Below, in pieces: positions 58,245-64,000 of a stretch of 64,000 nt of DNA. The DNA is from Lama glama (lineage: Eukaryota). The first letter of the stretch is position 1. Every line of letters begins with the position of its first letter. The stretch spans positions 14,634,001-14,698,000 of the forward strand of contig CM052816.1 in assembly GCA_028534125.1 (NCBI GenBank), given 5' to 3'. Under the pieces are notes generated by a model that made no database searches, was not told the DNA's origin, and saw only the letters and a list, made by a program, of their open reading frames with translations. The position numbers and the translations under genes were made by a program.

Positions 58245-60499
58245 TCACACACCCCCTGCTCCCTGTGGTAGAGACATCTGAGAGAGAGGAGGGGTCAACA
58301 ATGAGAGAATGGGTCATATTAGTGATATCAGTGCTCCCCAGAGTAGGGGCAGTAAGAACTCAGCCCACCGCAACCCTGGCCATGTCTTCATACCTGGTGA
58401 TCTGAGATGTCCGGTTTGCTGGGCTGTCCATTTGCCTCTTGACTGACTGGCCCTGAGCTTGGGCCCCTCCCTCCAGCCCGCAACATCGGCTCTGCAGAGG
58501 CTCCAGGGTTCCCCTCAAGTGCACGAGGGCCTAGGCTGCTGTCCCTGAGTCCTCCATTCTGCACTGGGGGGCTGGCGATGGCCGGGGGCTGTGGCCTCTC
58601 TGGGGGCAGGGGCCTCTCTGGGGGCTGGGGCCTCTCTGGGGGCAGGCTCTCAACGGCAGGTATTCCTGTCCTGGGCTGCCCTCCCCCAAACCCCTGACCA
58701 CCCCCTGGGTCCTGCCCCCCACCAGACCCCCAGCTTCTGTCCGTGGGGGAGCCATCACGATGCTCATGCAGCCCATAGCGCTTCTCAATGTGTGTCACCC
58801 GGAACCTGGGAGGGGAGGGAACACTGGGGCTTAGGATCACAACTCAGAGGCTGCTTGGCCCTTCCCTCTGATCAAGGATATCCTGGGTTTGATGGCTGCT
58901 TCCCTCTAGCCTAGGGCAGGGGAGACATCCTCAGATTGTGGGGCACATTGTGCAGCCTGATTCCTGCTGGGGCTCACAGTCTGGGAAGTAAGAGCCAGGC
59001 CCACCCTGATCATTGGGGCCCCCATCTCAACCTCCCTTTCCCCAGGGTACTCTATCCCCACCTGCCCACAGAGAACACGGTGGTCTCCCCAGGCCGAGGG
59101 CGACTCTTTCCTTCTTTGGAACGTCCCTGACGGACAAGTGGGGGTCTCTTGTTGCGGCTGCAGTGGATACAAGGGGCTGAGGAGCCCAGGTGCACTGTGT
59201 GATGATGGGAGGGGGCTCCATCTTGCAGGCTGGAGGTGGCATCCATGCTGGACAGTAGGGAGGAAGGGAGCAGGGCTGACATTCCCATTTTTGCTCCTGT
59301 TCCATTTGCTCCTGTTCTTTCAGTGTGTGCCCTAAACCCCCATATGCCCCACCTCCCCCAGGCCCCAACATTCTTTTCTTGTCTTTATCTAATAAAGTCA
59401 ATATGGAGATGTTAGTGACCATGTGTTCTCCCTCCCAGGGTTGTTTGCTAAAAAGAGGGCAATGCTTAACCCAGACAAGTGGCACAAGGGGTGAACGTTA
59501 GGCTTGATGATATGCAGAGGAGAGATGTGATTTGAAGGACTCAGGATTTTTACAAAATTTCCTTCTTCCTGTACATGAGCCAGCCTTACTCTTCTCCCTT
59601 CACCTCAAACATGCAAGGAGACTGGGACAGGAATGTGCTGGAGGAGAGGGTACTCTCCAAGGCAAGCTAAACCATGCTGGCCCTTGTTTCTAGCTCACCT
59701 GGACAGCTGCACTGTCCCTTCTCCTTCACTGTCCCCCAGCATCTCCTTCAAGGCCTCAGCATTGGCTGAGGGGAGAAGGAAAAGAGGGAGTCAGTGAAGG
59801 TGGAGACCAGGGCAAGAGGAAGTTGAGGAGGTGGGGAACCAGGGGTCAGCCTACACCCACCTTCATTTTGGATGATGCAGCGAACAATCCTCTCTACTGT
59901 GTCCTCATTCATGTCATCGTCCTCAGCTGAAGGATGAAAGAGGTTGGCAAGGAAGTGGGAAATGAGTCAGCTTTGGGGGTACATTACCTGGTGGCTTCTG
60001 TGGCTTACTGCTCAAGACCTACCCCTTTACCAACTTGCCATCATGCTGTACATTAGCATTTCAAGGGCCAGGGCCGAAAAGTTGGGGAAATCAATGGGAA
60101 TCCAAGACTACTATCAATGGGCCCTTCCCACCCATGCTGCTTTCTCTAGCCCTGCCTTCAGGGCGGTGGCACTTCCCTTGCTAACTCAAGAAAGCATCAC
60201 TAGGCCTCCTGAAAGCTTGGTTGGGATTTGGCCTGGGTCTGTTGGCCACGAAGAGGTGTTCGGAGGAAGGGTAAGTGAGTAAGGGAGAAAGGTGACTGAA
60301 CCAGGTTTTAAGCTGTTCACTCACGGGGCTGGAGCTGGGCGTCGTCAGGCTCGGAGCCTCTAGACGTGCGGCAGCGGTATCCCTTCTTCTTGAGCACGTG
60401 GCAGATCATGAAGCCTACAAGGCCCATGAGAAAGAAGACCAGCACAAGCAGGAAGAGCATGTAAAGCCCATGTTGGGGCGGCTCCAGGTCAGGCTGTGG

Positions 60500-60508
<9 letters not shown>
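58245..60508 (-). CDS. RELL2: RELT-like protein 2 (spliced, 6 coding exons, 315 aa)
   Basis: Minus-strand GT-AG exons: 60508-60325, 59926-59861, 59765-59699, 59247-59062, 58805-58394, 58277-58245. Total 948 nt. Starts MSEPQPDLEPPQHG, then TM helix LYMLFLLVLVFFLMGLVGFMIC, KKKGYRC, NEDTVERIVRCIIQNEANAEALKEML, and the SPAK/OSR1-docking RFRV motif. Confidence 0.96.
58593..58646 (-). repeat. 3 x 18-bp coding tandem repeat in RELL2 exon 5 (PPERP[Q/L])
   Basis: GGCCTCTCTGGGGGCAGG / GGCCTCTCTGGGGGCTGG / GGCCTCTCTGGGGGCAGG. Confidence 0.9.
59391..59396 (+). terminator. Candidate FCHSD1 distal polyadenylation signal AATAAA (inside RELL2 intron 3)
   Basis: AATAAA preceded by a U-rich tract and followed by TGTGTTCT. 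Confidence 0.5.
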
Positions 60509-63694
<3,186 letters not shown>

Positions 63695-64000
63695 TGAGGG
63701 GAGGACTGGGACCTTTGATGTCAGGCACCTGTTGCCAGGCATTTCAATGAGAATACTTGAGTGAGATCTTGTGGCAGGAGTGGGAAGATAGGAACGGGGA
63801 GGATACTTGTCAATGAATCATCATTTACTCATTTCTTTATTCAACAAATATTTATTGGTTACTTAATCTAGGCCAGGACCTTTGCTAAGTGCTGGGGATG
63901 CAATGAAAAACATCAACAGCACAATTTTAATATTGTAGTTGTGCTGAGTCCTCTGAAGGAGAGGTACATGACAGACTATGAGAGCATATACATGGGAGAA

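Overview
Mammalian genomic DNA, most likely from a camelid, because it carries six copies of a tRNA-Ala(AGC)-derived SINE of the vic-1 type. It is the conserved ARAP3-FCHSD1-RELL2-HDAC3 cluster (human 5q31.3 synteny). Exon structures were rebuilt by hand. ARAP3 (+) has 32 coding exons plus a non-coding first exon and encodes 1544 aa. FCHSD1 (+) has 20 exons and encodes about 692 aa. RELL2 (-) has 6 coding exons plus a 3'UTR exon and encodes 315 aa. HDAC3 (+) has its first three exons in the window. The first ~23 kb is intergenic and holds an orphan CpG island, motif-dense candidate enhancers (TGACA cluster, twin CRE, phased triple octamer, CTCF), two solo LTRs with intact TSDs and an ERV-L pol/dUTPase fossil. 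I see no new gene system. The most interesting signals are regulatory: back-to-back poly(A) signals shared by FCHSD1 and RELL2, a cluster of unusual splice features in FCHSD1, a minimal uORF before the ARAP3 start, and a coding repeat expansion in RELL2. Comparisons with human proteins and repeat consensus sequences are from memory, not from a search.
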